A DNA stretch of 64,000 nucleotides, from positions 255,130,001 to 255,194,000 of the forward strand of contig OZ024743.1 of the NCBI GenBank assembly GCA_964016885.1, given 5' to 3'. Under the pieces are notes generated by a model that worked only from the letters and a program-made list of their open reading frames with translations, ran no database searches and was not told the origin of the DNA. This document shows positions 1-13,533 of this stretch, piece by piece; positions within the stretch are counted from its first letter, which is position 1, and every line of letters begins with the position of its first letter. The DNA is from Eledone cirrhosa (taxonomy: Eukaryota). The position numbers were made by a program, and so were the translations under genes.

Positions 1-475
1 TGGTAAACGGAATAGAAAATGCTGACAAATTGTTCACAGTTGAAAAGTGGTTTAATTAGGAATAAAAGAGTATTAATAATTGTATGGGTTAGTATTCAGT
101 TGTGGTTTTAAGTTTTTAAGTTTTTACCGGTTGCGCATTTCTAAATACTTTTCAAAAATAATTTTGAGATAGAGTGTCCGTGCTGTTTGCTCTGATCTGA
201 TTAGTTTTGGGAATTCTACCTGTTTTTATGTTAAAAAAGTGGCTCCAGCGTTATTTCTGTGTTGCAAAAATGCTTGTGGTCAAAACAATTTTGATTGGTC
301 GGTAGAGGTCATGTGAATGTAAAAAGTTGATTTTGCGCCAAAACTGTTTTTATGTTAAAAAAGTGGCTCCAGCAAAAATTCTTGGTCAAATCAATTTTGA
401 TTGGTCGGTAGAGGTCATGTGGATAAAAAATTGGTTTTGCGCCAAGATTGAGAAATGACTCTTTCACAACAAATA

Positions 476-541
<66 letters not shown>

Positions 542-2082
542 TGTGTGTAGTAGTAGTAGTAAGGTGTTCGATGCTGCGACAATGGCCAGCAGCGATGTGT
601 GTCAAATGGCTATTAAGATAAGTGTCTGTGTGGGGGGGGACCAGTATTTTTTTCCCCCTGGTAAAATGGTGTACATTATTCGATATTTTCAGTAAAATCG
701 GTTCTCTTAATAGAACATCAAAAATCTTAACAATAAAAGGTGTGAAATGATATTCACTATATATATATACACATACATATATTCACTACATATATATATA
801 TATATACATATATACATACATATATATGCACATATATTTTTTTGTATTGCACCATAGAGCATGTGTGTTTACGTGTGTCATTGTGTTTATATGTGGGTAG
901 AGATGTGTGCTGATGTAGGTATGTATGTTGACGTGTGTATGTTTTGGGTTCGTCTTAGGGAGAAGTGTTTAGACGGGGTCCGTATTTGTTAATGAAGTAA
1001 GATTCCTTGCTGATGCGCTGGGTGTGGGTGGCATTATCTTTAAATTTGTAGAGGGGAAAGATTCTGAAGTTGGGATGATTTTGGGCGGCACAGGTATCAA
1101 TGTGTTCACTCAGTGGTATTTTCCTGTATTTCCGTATTTTAATTTGGGATCTATGGACAGTCATGCGTTGGCGGAGGCTGTTTTTGGTCTGGCCTATGTA
1201 TTGTTCTCGACAACCTGAACAAGTTAATACATATATTAGATTTTCCGATGCACATGTGAAATTGTGTTTTACTATAAAACGTTGTCCATCTTTGAAATAG
1301 AATTCTGAACCCTCTATTAGGTTGATGCAAATGCCACAGTTGGGTCTATCGCATTTTTTTACTGTGGGTTTCGTTGTTGTGGTTGGCAGTACTTTGGCAT
1401 GTGTTAAGATGTTTTTCATTGACTTGGATTGTCTTTTGCTCTTTATGATATCGTGTGTTCGTAGAATTTGATTCATTCTATGGTCCTTGTTCAATACAGG
1501 GATGTTCTGGAGGATGGTTATCAAAGGCCTCATTGTTGAGAGGGTTGTGTGTGGAGATGTATGGAAGAGCTTTTAGTTGTGAAAGAGTCATTTCTCAATC
1601 TTGGCGCAAAACCAATTTTTTATCCACATGACCTCTACCGACCAATCAAAATTGTTTTGACCAAGAATTTTTGCTGGAGCCACTTTTTTAACATAAAAAC
1701 AGTCTTGGCGCAAAATCAACTTTTTACATTCACATGACCTCTACCGACCAATCAAAATTGTTTTGACCACAAGCATTTTTGCAACACAAAAATAACGCTG
1801 GAGCCACTTTTTAAACATAAAAACAGGTAGAATTCCCAAAACTAATCAGATCAGAGCAAACAGCACGGACACTCTATCTCAAAATTATTTCTGAAAAGCA
1901 TTTAGAAATGCGCAACCGGTAAAAACTTAAAAACTTAAAACCACAACTGAATACTAACCCATACAATCACTAATACTCTTTTATTCCTAATTAAACCATT
2001 TTTTAACTGTGAACAATTTGTCAGCATTTTCTATTCCGTTTACCAATATATAATAACTTGTGTGTTACACCTCTATTCTTTT
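1..2082 (-). mobile_element. 5'-truncated Penelope-like element (GIY-YIG end) with inverted pseudo-LTR arms (1-470 and 1576-2045) and a tail at 2046-2082
   Basis: Arms are reverse complements of each other and flank a GIY-YIG ORF; same family at 34512-35020 and 51901-53337. Confidence 0.85.
955..1533 (-). pseudogene. PLE C-terminal Cys-rich linker plus GIY-YIG endonuclease (5'-truncated)
   Basis: CDRPNCGIC...FTCASENLIYVLTCSGCREQYIGQT...RQRMTVHRSQI...ESYFINKY..LN matches the Neptune-type PLE endonuclease pattern. Confidence 0.85.
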
Positions 2083-2185
2083 ATATATATATATATATAT
2101 AATAACTAGAAATTGATTAACATATAAATAAACATGAATAATCACAGGAGATAATTATATATACATATGTATATGTATATATATG

Positions 2186-2234
<49 letters not shown>

Positions 2235-2249
2235 GTATATATATATGTA

Positions 2250-5200
2250 TAAAGGATAACAAAATATCGTTATAGGTAATCAAATTAGAGGTTGTGTAGC
2301 CTTCTTATTATGGATAGTTTTAGGGTACGGCGTTGCCTGACTCAACAAGAGGTTTACGTAGATGACGAGTTTATGATTTCACTTATATTCCTATTTAAGT
2401 TTATCTTGGAGTAATAAAATTGAAAAAGTGGAGAATAACATGGTCAACAGTACAAAAAAGGGTTTTTATTTGCAGTCTAAAAATTGTTTCACTGATAGAA
2501 TTGTCTAAAAATTGCTGAACACTAAAAGCAGTGCCACTCAATTTTAAATACGATTAACTACAGAATCTACACTCAATAGCATTAAGAAGGAAGGTCTTAA
2601 TATAGTAAACAAACTTAAAATATCCGATAGAACAGAACCTCTAGCTCCTTGTAAACCCACTTTTAATCTGAAGGATCATAAATGTAACTTCAAAACTAAC
2701 CCTACTATTAGATTAATATGTCCATCAAAATCAGATATAGGCAGAATTAGCAAGTTTATACTAGATAGAATAACACCACAAATTAAAGAACAACTAATAA
2801 TCAAGCTACGGGGTAACACAAATGAAGCAATAGATTGGTTTAATAAGTTAGACAATAGAGAATCTTCCGACTTTATACAATTTGACATAAATGACTACTA
2901 CACTTCTATTTCCCCAGTTACTCTAAATAAGGAACTATCCTTTGCACAAAAAATTCTGACCTTTTACCAGATGAAATTAAAATAATAGTAGCTGCTAGAA
3001 GAACAATCATTAAATTCGACAATAGTTAGTGGGCACGAAAAAATAGACAGAATAACTTCGATATAACTATGGGATCAAATGATTCAGCCCAATTTACAGA
3101 CATTGTTGGAATTTATATAACACATTTCTTACATAGAGAATTTGATAACCTACAAGGAGGAATCGATAGAGACGATACACTACTTTTAGCTAAAAACTTA
3201 AATAATCAAAACTTAGAAAGATTAAGGAAAAAGATTAGAAAATTCTTTAATAATTTAGGCCTTAACATCACTTTTGAACCCAACTCTAAAAAACCTAACT
3301 TCTTAGATGTATCGCTCAACCTTAACTCAGGACTAATAGAACCCTTTCATAAAAATAATGAAAATTTAGCTTACATTGATTATAACTCTAATCACCCTTG
3401 ATCCATAATTAACTCCATAACACATAGTATATCCCTTAGAATCTCGCGCCTATCTTTTAACATAGAAATGTTTAATGAACACGCTAACTACTACAACATA
3501 GCTTTACTTAAGGCAGGCCATAAAGAGAGACTAAAATACATACCAGATACAAATAATAACAACACACTTAATATTAATAGCACCATCCACACCTATAGAA
3601 ACAACAAACCTAGGACTAAACATAAAAAATGGCAACAAGCACGTAAATTAAAGGAACAGAATACTAATACAAAGACCACTGATAACTATAGAAGATGCAG
3701 AAATAGAAACTACTTATGGTTCAATCTAATGTTTAACTCCTCTATAAAAACTAAGCTACCTTACACTTTCTTCAAATTAGTTGACAAACATTTCCCTAAA
3801 ATTCATAAATATCTTCAATAGTAAAAACTATCAAACTATCATACTCCACTGCCAACAACATAGAATCGCACATACATAAAATTAACTATAAAATAATTTA
3901 TAATACAAGTGGCCCGCAAATAAGTACCATAACACCTACATAGGTATACTATATTTGCCTAGAGACAAATATAGTATACCTATGTACTATAAATTCATGT
4001 AGCTTAGCATGACATTACATTGGTTCCACAGCTGGGGAGTTTAAGTAAAGGTGGTACGTACATAGACACTCTATGACTAACAGGAATCTCTGAAAGACAA
4101 CGACTCACGTCAATAAAATCTGGCAACTCAAAGATGCAAACATGGAATATAAAATCAGCTGGACAAAGCTATCTAATTGGTATGTCCCACTGTGGTCTCT
4201 GTAATATGGAACTTTTCCAAATTTTAAATTACAACAAAACTCTTCTTAACAGTAAAATTGAAAAAAACTATTTTTTGTCGACATAAATCGGTGACTAAAT
4301 TTGAGAACTTTAGACCAGCTTAATTCCATCCTATCTATTCCATAACCCAGATTGTACCACTTGGATCTATTATGATATCACATTATCAACATTATAATTA
4401 TAATTATAATTATAATTGTCATCATCTATCAAAGAACAACATCAAAACATTTACATTCTTATTTTATATATCTCTATTTTTCACTCTTTATCTTTATATT
4501 TCTCTCCCTAAATTTATTTCATCCCTGTCAATTTATTTTACCATATAATATAACTTAAAACTAATTAATTAATTTATTTATTAAAATAACCAATACACAC
4601 ATAAATATATTTAACATTATCATATTATTATCTCTTCATATATTTCAACAATTCTCAAAAACGATTCTTAATAATTTTATTGTTTAAATATTCTTCGCAC
4701 GTTTTTACTCTTTTACTCCTTTTATGTATTTATTTTTATTCTTCATTTTTCCCATTTTATACCATTTTATATCACATTAGATATAACTTATTTATTTATT
4801 TATCAATTTTTATATATTCTTTTATATATTTTTCATATATTTTTTATATATCTACTTTTATTTTTATTTACATATATTCATGTATTAACGTTTATTCATT
4901 TATTTGTCCCTCTATTCTTCTTTCTATCTTACGTTATCTCTACTTATGTTTGTCTCTCCTCTATCTACCATCATCTTCTATATATCTTCTCTTTATATTT
5001 CTATTTATAATAATTTCTCCTTTTTCTTTTTCCTTCTCCTTCCTTTCCTTTCTGTACTGAATCTATCTTTATTTCTTCCTCCTTTTCTCTCTATATCTTT
5101 ATTATTAATATTATTATTGATTATGTAATTTGAATTTGTAAATCTGCCGGTTACATATATATTTTTTTAACAGTTTGTGAAGATCTAAAAGAGTTAACAT

Positions 5201-5334
5201 CGTATTTAAAATTGAGTGGCACTGCTTTTAGAGTTCAGCAATTTTAAGACAACTCTATCAGTGAAGCAATTGCTATACTGCAAATAAATCCCCTTTTTGT
5301 ACTGTTGACCATGTTATTCTCCACTTTTTCAATT
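2250..5334 (+). mobile_element. Decayed Penelope-like element (RT plus GIY-YIG) with inverted terminal arms 2418-2554 and 5199-5334; tail on the left arm
   Basis: RT motifs (IQFDINDYY, MGSNDSAQFTDIVG, DRDDTL, NFLDVSLNL, YIDYNSNHP) and, at ~3950-4320, IVYLCTI...YIGST...CGLC..E..ILN..LLNSK; frameshifts and stops present. Confidence 0.85.
5171..5280 (+). ncRNA. Degenerate hammerhead-like motif in the PLE 3' arm
   Basis: CAGTTT-GTGAAGA-(~80 nt)-GAAGCAATTGCT-ATACTG; the inverted arm copy has GAAACAATT; core mutated. Confidence 0.4.
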
Positions 5335-5359
5335 GTATATATATATATATATATATATA

Positions 5360-5700
5360 CATCGGTTCTTCCACGCTAGAATGGATTACACGGGTTGTCC
5401 TGTTGTGGGCAGTGTCCGGTCGGTCTTTGCTCATACGGGAAGTGATTATGGCTTGATATCTAAAGCTGGATGCCCTTCCTAACACCAACCTCATTCACAG
5501 TGAGTGTTGGGTACTTTTTTCCGTGGCGCCTACACGTCCACTTTACAGTGTAGGCTGGATGTTTTTGTGCCGTGGCACCTCCACGACCACTTTGCAGTAG
5601 AATGATAGGAACCCCATTATCCTATTATCTTATTTCTACAGCAGAGTAAGGTGGAGCAATGTGAAATAAAGTGTCTTACTCAAGGAAACAACACATCTTC
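5360..5700 (-). mobile_element. SINE (CORE-like body, RTE-derived tail), 5'-truncated
   Basis: Reverse complement matches the SINE at 45021-45386 and the RTE 3' UTR at ~10000-10260. Confidence 0.75.
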
Positions 5701-5702
5701 CA

Positions 5703-6245
5703 CGCGATAACGTGGAAGATGACCCCAGGAGCGGAAGGCCCTCAACAACCAGGACTGAGGTCAACGTTGAGCGCGTCAGGCACATGGTGCGTAGCGATCG
5801 TCGGCTAACTGTTCGACTGATGGCAAATGAGCTGGGCATGAATCGGGACAGCGTCTGGAAGATTCTCACTGAAGATTTGGACATGCGGAAATTATGCGCG
5901 AAGATGGTGCCAAAATTGTTGAACGATGACCAGAAGGGTCGACGCATGCAAGTGTGCCAGGACATTCGGTTTAAAGCGTCTTGAAACCGAACCAGACTTG
6001 CTAGGGAATGTCATCACCGGTGATGTGTCATGGATCTTCGAGTACGATCTGGAGGGGACTTGTTTTAAAGATGTGGACGACATCAAAAAGGCCGTGACGA
6101 CAGAACTGCGGAAGATCCCAGAAGAATCCTTCCAGGAGTGCATGCGAGCGTGGCAGAAAAGAATGGAAAAGTGCATTAGACTCCAGGGGGATTACTTTGA
6201 AGGAAAAAACTCTTAGTGTGAAGTTTGGGTTTGAAATACATCTTT
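5703..6245 (+). mobile_element. Internally deleted mariner transposase remnant
   Basis: EDDPRSGRPST...DRRLTVR...ILTEDLDMRKLCAKMVPKLL, VITGDVSWIFEYD and WQKRMEKCIRLQGDYFEG; central DDD region missing. Confidence 0.9.
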
Positions 6246-6327
6246 GTTTATATATGTACATATGTATATCTATATGTCTATATATGTATGTATATATATA
6301 TATATGTATATATATATATACATATAT

Positions 6328-6385
<58 letters not shown>

Positions 6386-6441
6386 GACGTAAAATAAGAA
6401 AATTTTAAAAATTAAAAATTAACTTACTTACTAAAATTTTC

Positions 6442-6523
6442 ACTCCTACTAATTAGTTTCTGTAAGGGAATAAATATAGTTACGCAATACAACTATAGAG
6501 ACGTCCTTACGTCATCAGGGAGT
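6442..6523 (-). ncRNA. Type I hammerhead ribozyme F1
   Basis: Minus strand: ACTCC-CTGATGA-cGTAAGG...CCTTACa-GAAAC-TAATTA-GTA-GGAGT. Confidence 0.85.
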
Positions 6524-7306
6524 CTATTCTCAGCTAAGTTCCTAGGCAATGCTCGGACACTAGGAACCCATATAAAATAATAATTCAGTGGATGGAATAA
6601 AGCTAGCGGGGACTAAGTTCCAGGGCACTGAAAAAATTCACTGCATACTTGGTCAGTGGCAAATTCTAAAGAATCAATCACGTGACACTGAGGTTAATCA
6701 GTGAGGAGTGGGGTGGTATTATGACAAGAGCCTCTCTACTACCATGAACCATAGCAGTAAATTTTGGCAAGTTTCGCTCAACAAATAATTTGGAGATAGA
6801 TATAGAGTATTAGTATATCTACCAACAGATGTATACAGATGTATACCCATGTCTGCAAATATATATGTTATGTCTTAGTATGCAGAGAGGTGCAGAACAA
6901 TTATATGAAAGACGTAAAATAAGAAAATTTTAAAAATTAAAAATTAACTTACTTACAAAAATTATATATATTTGCTAGCATGGGTAACATCTGTATACAT
7001 ATGTTGGTAGATATACTAATTATCTATATTTATCTCCAAATTATTTGTTGAGCGAAACTTGCCAACATTTACTGCTATGGTTCATGGTAGTAGATAGGCT
7101 CTTGTCATAATACCACCCCACCCCTCACTGATTAACCTCAGTGTCACGTGATTGATTCTTTAGAATTTGCCACTGACCAAGTAGGCAGTGAATTTTTTCA
7201 GTGCCCTGGAATTTAGTCCCCGCTAGCTTTATTCCATCCACTGAATTATTATTTTATATGGGTTCCTAGTGTCCGCGCATTGCCTAGGAACTTAGCTGAG
7301 AATAGA

Positions 7307-7388
7307 TTTCCCTGATGACGTAAGGACTACTCTATAGTTGTATTGCGTAACTATATTTATTCCCTTACAGAAACTAATTAGTAGGAGT
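7307..7388 (+). ncRNA. Type I hammerhead ribozyme F1
   Basis: TTTCC-CTGATGA-cGTAAGG...CCTTACa-GAAAC-TAATTA-GTA-GGAGT. Confidence 0.8.
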
Positions 7389-7598
7389 GAAAATTTTAGT
7401 AAGTTAATTTTTAATTTTTAAAATGTTCTTATTTTACGTCTTTCATATAATTGTTCTGCACCCCCTGCATAGAACCACAAAGGTACTAAGACATACATAT
7501 ATATTTGCTAGCATGGGTATACATATGTTGGTAGATATACTAATTCTCTCTCTATATATATACATATATATATGTTTGTATAAATATATGTGTGTATA

Positions 7599-7631
<33 letters not shown>

Positions 7632-7799
7632 ATATATGGATGTATATGTATATATATATATATATGTATGTATATATATGTACATATGTATATCTATATG
7701 TATATGTATGTATATGTATATATATATATATATATGTATGTATATATATGTACATATGTATATCTATATGTATATATATGTATATATGTATATATATAG

Positions 7800-10432
7800 A
7801 TTGGAATAGAATGAAACGAAATTTCATTTCTCACTCTTAGTACGGCACTTACTTAAATGTAAGTATGTATGTATACGTACATACATATATGTATACAGAC
7901 GTACAGTAGCATGTATATATATGATGAAGCAGTCAAGGCCAAGAGACAGGCATGGAAAGAATGGAAGAACGGGGGGAGCAGGGTACATTACATAGAGACC
8001 AAGAGGGAAGCTAGGCGACAAGTATACTTAGCTAGGAGGGAAGCAGAGGATAGAAAATTCAAGCATGTTTTACAACGTGGGGACCAGAAACAGGAGGTAT
8101 TCAAGAGTGCGAGGCAGTGTGTCAGAGATAGTTGTGATGTCATTGGAGAGAAGTGTATCCGGAATGATAAAGGTGAGCTTGCCCTCACAAGTGCTGAGAA
8201 GAAAGATGCATGGAAGAGTCATTATGATAGATTACTAAATGAGGAGAATGCATGGGAAGAAGAGACCCTACCCCATGTAGACCTTATAGAGGGACCAGCA
8301 GTACAAGTCAGCGGCAGCGTAGTAAGTAAGGCAATCAGAGATATGAAGATAGGGAAGGCAACCGGTCCATCGGGTATAGCTGCCGAGATGCTGAAGGCAT
8401 CTGGGTCTGTAGGTCACACTATAACCACACGTATCGTTAACCAGGTAATACTAGAAGGGGCCATACCAACAGATTGGTGCAGTAGCATCATTGTCAACTG
8501 CTACAAAGGTAAAGGCGATGCACTAGATAGAGGAAACTATAGAGGTATAAAGTTGATGGACCAGGTCATGAAAGTAACAGAAAGAGTTATAGCACAGCTG
8601 ATTAGGGACCGGGTGAATATAGACGAGATGCAATTTGGGTTTGTACCAGGGAGAGGCACCACTGATGCCCTCTTCCTTGTGAGGCAATTACAGGAAAAGT
8701 ACCTAGCTAAAAGTAAGCCACTCTACTTGGCATTTGTCGACCTTGAGAACGCCTTTGACAGAGTTCCACGTGCAGTAATCTGGTGGGCTCTTAGAAAACT
8801 AGGAGTAGATGAATGGCTTGTGAAAGCGGTACAAGCCATGTATAGGGGAGCAGTCAGCAAAGTTAGGATTAGCAATGAGTATAGCGAGGAATTTAGCGTA
8901 CAGGTTGGGGTCCACCAGGGCTCTGTTCTTAGCCCTCTCCTGTTCATCATAGTCCTGCAGGCAATAACGGAGGAGTTTAAGACCGGATGCCCATGGGAAC
9001 TCCTGTATGCTGATGACCTCGCACTCATAGCTGAATCTATGGTAGAACTAGAGAATAAATTCCAAACCTGGAAGCAGGGACTAGAGAGAAAGGGCCTCAA
9101 AGTCAACATGACAAAGACTAAGGTCCTTGTAAGTAGACGAGAAAACAGAACCCAGATCCCCTCAGGGAAATGACCTTGCTCAGTATGTAGGAAAGGTGTA
9201 GGTAGGAACTCCATTCTCTGCCCAAATGCAAACAATGGGTACACAAGAGATGTAGCGGGATCTCAGGAAGCTTAATTAAGAATGTAGGATTCTCATGCAG
9301 CAGCTGTGCTGAAACAGCAAGCAAACAGCCACAGGAAACAAGTACCACCAATCTCTGGGAGGGCCCTGTAGAAACAGTAGACAGCCTCTGCTACCTAGGT
9401 GACCGAATTAGCAACGGAGGTGGGTGCTCAGAAAGTACAATAACTAGGGTAAGAACGGGATGGAAGAAGTTTAGGGAACTACTACCACTGCTAGCTGCAA
9501 AAGGCTTCTCCCTCAGAATGAAAGGCAGACTGTATGATGCGTGTATCCGAACAGCGATGTTGCATGGTAGTGAGACCTGGGCGCTGAAGGTGGAAGACTT
9601 ACGTAGATTAGAGAGAAACGAAGCCTGCATGCTCCGATGGATGTGTAACAGTAATATACGTGAACGACAAAGCATAAAGGAATTGAGAGAGAGACTGAGC
9701 ATAAGAGGAATCAAATGCTGCGTGCAGGAGAGGCGGTTACGCTGGTATGGACATGTGATGGGTATGAAGGATGACAGCTGCATAAAAAGGTGCAGAGCAC
9801 TAGAAGTTGATGGAAACCGCGGAGTGGGGAGACCCAAGATGACTTGCGATGAGGTGATAAAAGCCGACCTTACCCAACCACACCTCTCAAAGTCAATGAC
9901 ACACGACCGTGACTTCTGGCGTCACGCAGTAATACAGGGTACCCGACCTCCCATGGGTACATGCTGAAGCATATAAACAATATGCCCCCCCCCCCACCGC
10001 AAGGTGGCCGTGGAGGTGCCACGGCAAAAAAGCACCCAGCCCACACTGTAAAGTGGACGTGTAGGCGCCACGAAAAAGCACCCAGCACTCACTGTAAATG
10101 AGGTTGGTGTTAGGAAGGGCATCCAGCTGTAGAAATCAAGCCAGACCAGTTCCTGTATGAGCAAGGCATGGTCAGCCGACCAGACACTGCACACAACAGG
10201 ACAACCCGTCTAACCTATGCTAGCGTGGAAGAACGGACGTAAAACGGTGATGATGATGATGATGATACAGGCACACATATATATATGTACGTATCAGTTT
10301 ACCGAATATTTATTATAACATTCGCTTTGTTCGTTTGTAAACATTCGCTGTCCGTTTGTTTACAAACGAACAAAGCGAATGTTATAATAAATATTCGCTA
10401 AACTGATACGTACATATATATATGTGTGCCTG

Positions 10433-10469
<37 letters not shown>

Positions 10470-10530
10470 GCTACTGTACGTCTGTATACATATATGTATG
10501 TATGTATGTATACATACATACTTACATTTA
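7800..10530. repeat. Fold-back element (family F9) whose left arm is split by an RTE LINE
   Basis: 7854-7920 plus 10265-10338 is the reverse complement of ~10352-10530; homologous to 43560-43700. Confidence 0.75.
7923..10264 (+). mobile_element. RTE-clade LINE, 5'-truncated and decayed
   Basis: RT motifs (NYRGIKLM, QFGFVPGRGTTDA, FVDLENAFDRV, GVHQGSVLSPLLF, LYADDL), WYGHVM..RGVGRPK C-terminus, (GAT)n tail. Confidence 0.93.
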
Positions 10531-10581
10531 TATATAGAGAGATTTCTATATATGTATATATATATGTATATATATTCTATT

Positions 10582-10978
10582 CTAGGGCGGGTAAAATTCC
10601 CGAGATCCATAGACGAGTTCTCTCCAGCGGTCTCTGTCTTTCATTATTGCTGCCATCTCTTGCTGCGTCTCCAACAGACCACAGTCTGTCCTTAGGGTAT
10701 CAACATACGTTAACCTTGGTCTTCCTCTTCCAGTGTATCCATGTAGGGGCTCCCACAGGAGCACTGAGTGCAATGTCAACTCTGGATACCGGTGAGCATG
10801 TCCAGCTAAACTCAGTCTCCTCTGTGTCATTTTTGAGTTGACTTTTGGGAGGCTCCCATACAGCTCTGAGTTTTTCATCCTCAGTGTATACTCATTAATG
10901 TTCAGAGCCATCCAGCAGCATTCTCGCGTAGCACCCATCCATCATCTGAGTGAGTTTCTTTGTCAGTATCCAAGTCTC
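10582..10978 (-). mobile_element. 3' fragment of an RTE-group LINE (second family)
   Basis: [38 protein letters not shown]; related fragment at 13586-13755. Confidence 0.8.
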
Positions 10979-10980
10979 AC

Positions 10981-11062
<82 letters not shown>

Positions 11063-11171
11063 TCATCATCATCTCATCATCTTCATTTAACATGCTTTTC
11101 CACGCTAGCATGGGTTAGACGGCTATATATATGTATATATATATATATATGTATATATGTATATATATATG

Positions 11172-12590
11172 TATCATCATCATTATCATCATCATTTAAC
11201 GTCTGCTTTTCCCTGCTTGCAAGGGTTGGATGGGCCTTATTCAGCACAGCATCTCTACATTCGTCACATTCCTTCGTCATCTCCACCGTGAGCTTCAATG
11301 ATCTGAGGTCTGCTCTCATCACCTCCGCCCAGGTTTTTCGTGGTCTACCTCTACCATGTCTTCCTTCAACTGGCATTTCCTGGCACTTCTTCACCCATCG
11401 GTCATCCTCCATGCGCATCACATGTCCATACCACCTCAGTCTCCTCTCCCGTACACTACATTCTATCCCTCTCAGACACAGTTTCTCTCTCAACACATTT
11501 ATGCTGGGTCGTTCACGCACATTTACACTGCACATCCAACGGAGCATGCTTGCCTCATTTCTCTCCAGCCATTGCATATCCTCTGCAGTTGCTGCCCATG
11601 TCTCACTACCATGCAGCATCGTGATCCTCAGACACGCATCATACAACCGGCTTTTCGTACGCAGGGAGAAACCCTTCTTCGTCAACAGAGGAAGCAGCTC
11701 CCTAAACGTCTTCCAACCCATCCTTATTCTAGATACTATGGCCTCGAAACACCCTCCTCCCATGCTAATCAGATCTCCTAGGTACCGGAAGCTATCCACC
11801 ACTTCTATAGCACCCGCCTGCATTTGAAAAATGTGTCTATCAATGCGACTTCTACTGTCTAATTTCCCTGTACAACTACTGCATACATATTTCTCCCTAC
11901 CTGTTAGTTTGCCTGCTATCCCGCTACATCTCTTGTGTACCCAGGATCTGCATTGTGTGCATTTTATAGAATTTATGCCTGTTCCTTTTCTGCATATCGA
12001 ATATCGCCATTTCCCTGACGGAATCAGAGTTTTGTCCTCTTTTCTACTCATCAACACTTTTGTCTTAGCTAGGTTCACTCTCAGTCCTCTTGCTTCCAAC
12101 TGCTGTTTCCATAGCCAGAATTTATTCTCTAGCTCCTCTACTGATTCTGCTATAAGAACCAGATCGTCAGCATAGAGAAGTTCCCAAGGACAGCCAGTCT
12201 TAAACTCCTCTGTTATGGCTTGGAATACTATAATGAACAAGAGCGAGCTGAGGACATAACCTTGATGTACTCCTACTTGTATCTGGAATTCCTCACTAAA
12301 CTCCATTCCTACCCTGACTTTACTGAGACTACCTCTGTACAAAGTTTGCACTGTCCTCACAAGCCATTCCTCAACACCTAGCTTCCTTAGGGACCACCAG
12401 ATGACCTATCTAGGTCAACAAAGGCTAAGTATAGTGGCTTATTTTTCTCTAAGAACCTCTCTTGCAATTGTCTCACCAAGAAGAGGGCATCTATTGTACT
12501 CTTCCCAGGTACAAAACCAAACTGCATCTCATCTAGTTTGACCCTTTCTCTAATTAGTTGTGCTAATATCCTTTCTGCCACTTTCATAAC
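11172..12590 (-). mobile_element. RTE LINE, decayed
   Basis: ORFs 12387-12587 and 11083-12360 with QFGFVPG, LYADDL, CxxCxxWVHKRC and WYGHVMR; (GAT)n tail. Confidence 0.92.
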
Positions 12591-12660
12591 ATATACAGTA
12601 TATATATATCATCATCATCATCATTTCATGTCACGTCTGCTTTTTCCCTGCTTGCAAGAT

Positions 12661-12764
<104 letters not shown>

Positions 12765-12768
12765 ATCC

Positions 12769-13295
12769 TCTTATTTTACGTCTTTCATATAATTGTTCTG
12801 CATCCTCCTGCATTGAACCACCTAGGTACTATGACATAACTTATGTATTTGCTAGCATTAGTGTACATCTGTACGCATATGTTGGGAGATATACTAAGTC
12901 TATATATTTATCTCCAAATTATTTATTTGTTGAGCAAACCTGCCAGATCCACTACTAATTCATTGGTGTGGTAGTAGGCTTTTGTCATCTTACCAACCCA
13001 CTCCTTCCGACTAGCCTCAGTGTCACTTGATTGATTCTTTAGAATCTGCCATTTGACCAGAGACAGCGAACTTTTTCAGTGCATGGAATTTTTTACATGA
13101 GTCCCTAGTCTCCGCGCATTGCCTGGAGACTTAGCTGAGAATAGACTCCCTGATGACGTAATGAATTCTCGATCGTTACATTATGTAACTATCTTTATCC
13201 CATTACAGAAACTAATTAGTTGGAGTGAAAATTTTAGTAAGTAAGTTAATTTTTAATTTTTTTTTTAAATTTTCTTACTTTACGTCTTTCATATA
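12769..13295 (+). mobile_element. Single 504-nt terminally redundant HHR unit (family F1)
   Basis: Begins at 12769 and ends from 13273 with the same TCTTA(T/C)TTTACGTCTTTCATATA; between (TA)n tracts; homologous to 6965-7550. Confidence 0.85.
13145..13226 (+). ncRNA. Type I hammerhead ribozyme F1 (diverged copy)
   Basis: ACTCC-CTGATGA-cGTAATG...CATTACa-GAAAC-TAATTA-GTT-GGAGT. Confidence 0.85.
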
Positions 13296-13314
13296 TATAT
13301 ATATATATATATAT

Positions 13315-13533
13315 AGGAACCAGTAAGACCCCGACAGCTGAGCTCAAGCCGTTTCGACGGCTAATTCAAGCCGTTTCGACGGCTAATTCTGGACTATGTC
13401 CAGAATTAGCCGTCGAAACGGCTTGAGCTCAGCTGTCGGGGTCTTACTGGTTCCTATTACCCACTCTACTACCTCAAGTATTGAGTACTTTGGTGCGTTA
13501 TGGTCCACCTGGTTCCTTACCACATTTCCTTCG

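Larger units (their letters stand above)
6381..7550. mobile_element. Fold-back pair of ~525-533 nt non-coding HHR-bearing units (family F1, retrozyme-like)
   Basis: 6381-6955 (-) and 6965-7550 (+) are inverted copies; each is terminally redundant; flanked by (TA)n. Confidence 0.85.

Noticed and set aside
9005-9020. CTGATGA/CTGACGA hits inside LINEs (also ~12164, ~47663, ~55833, ~61117) and CTGAAGA in the mariner (~5869)
   Set aside because: They encode YADD or other protein sequence; no stems or GAAA half
13340-13400. Direct repeats TCAAGCCGTTTCGACGGCTAAT resembling CRISPR repeats
   Set aside because: Simple adjacent duplication in one arm of a eukaryotic fold-back; no spacers or cas genes
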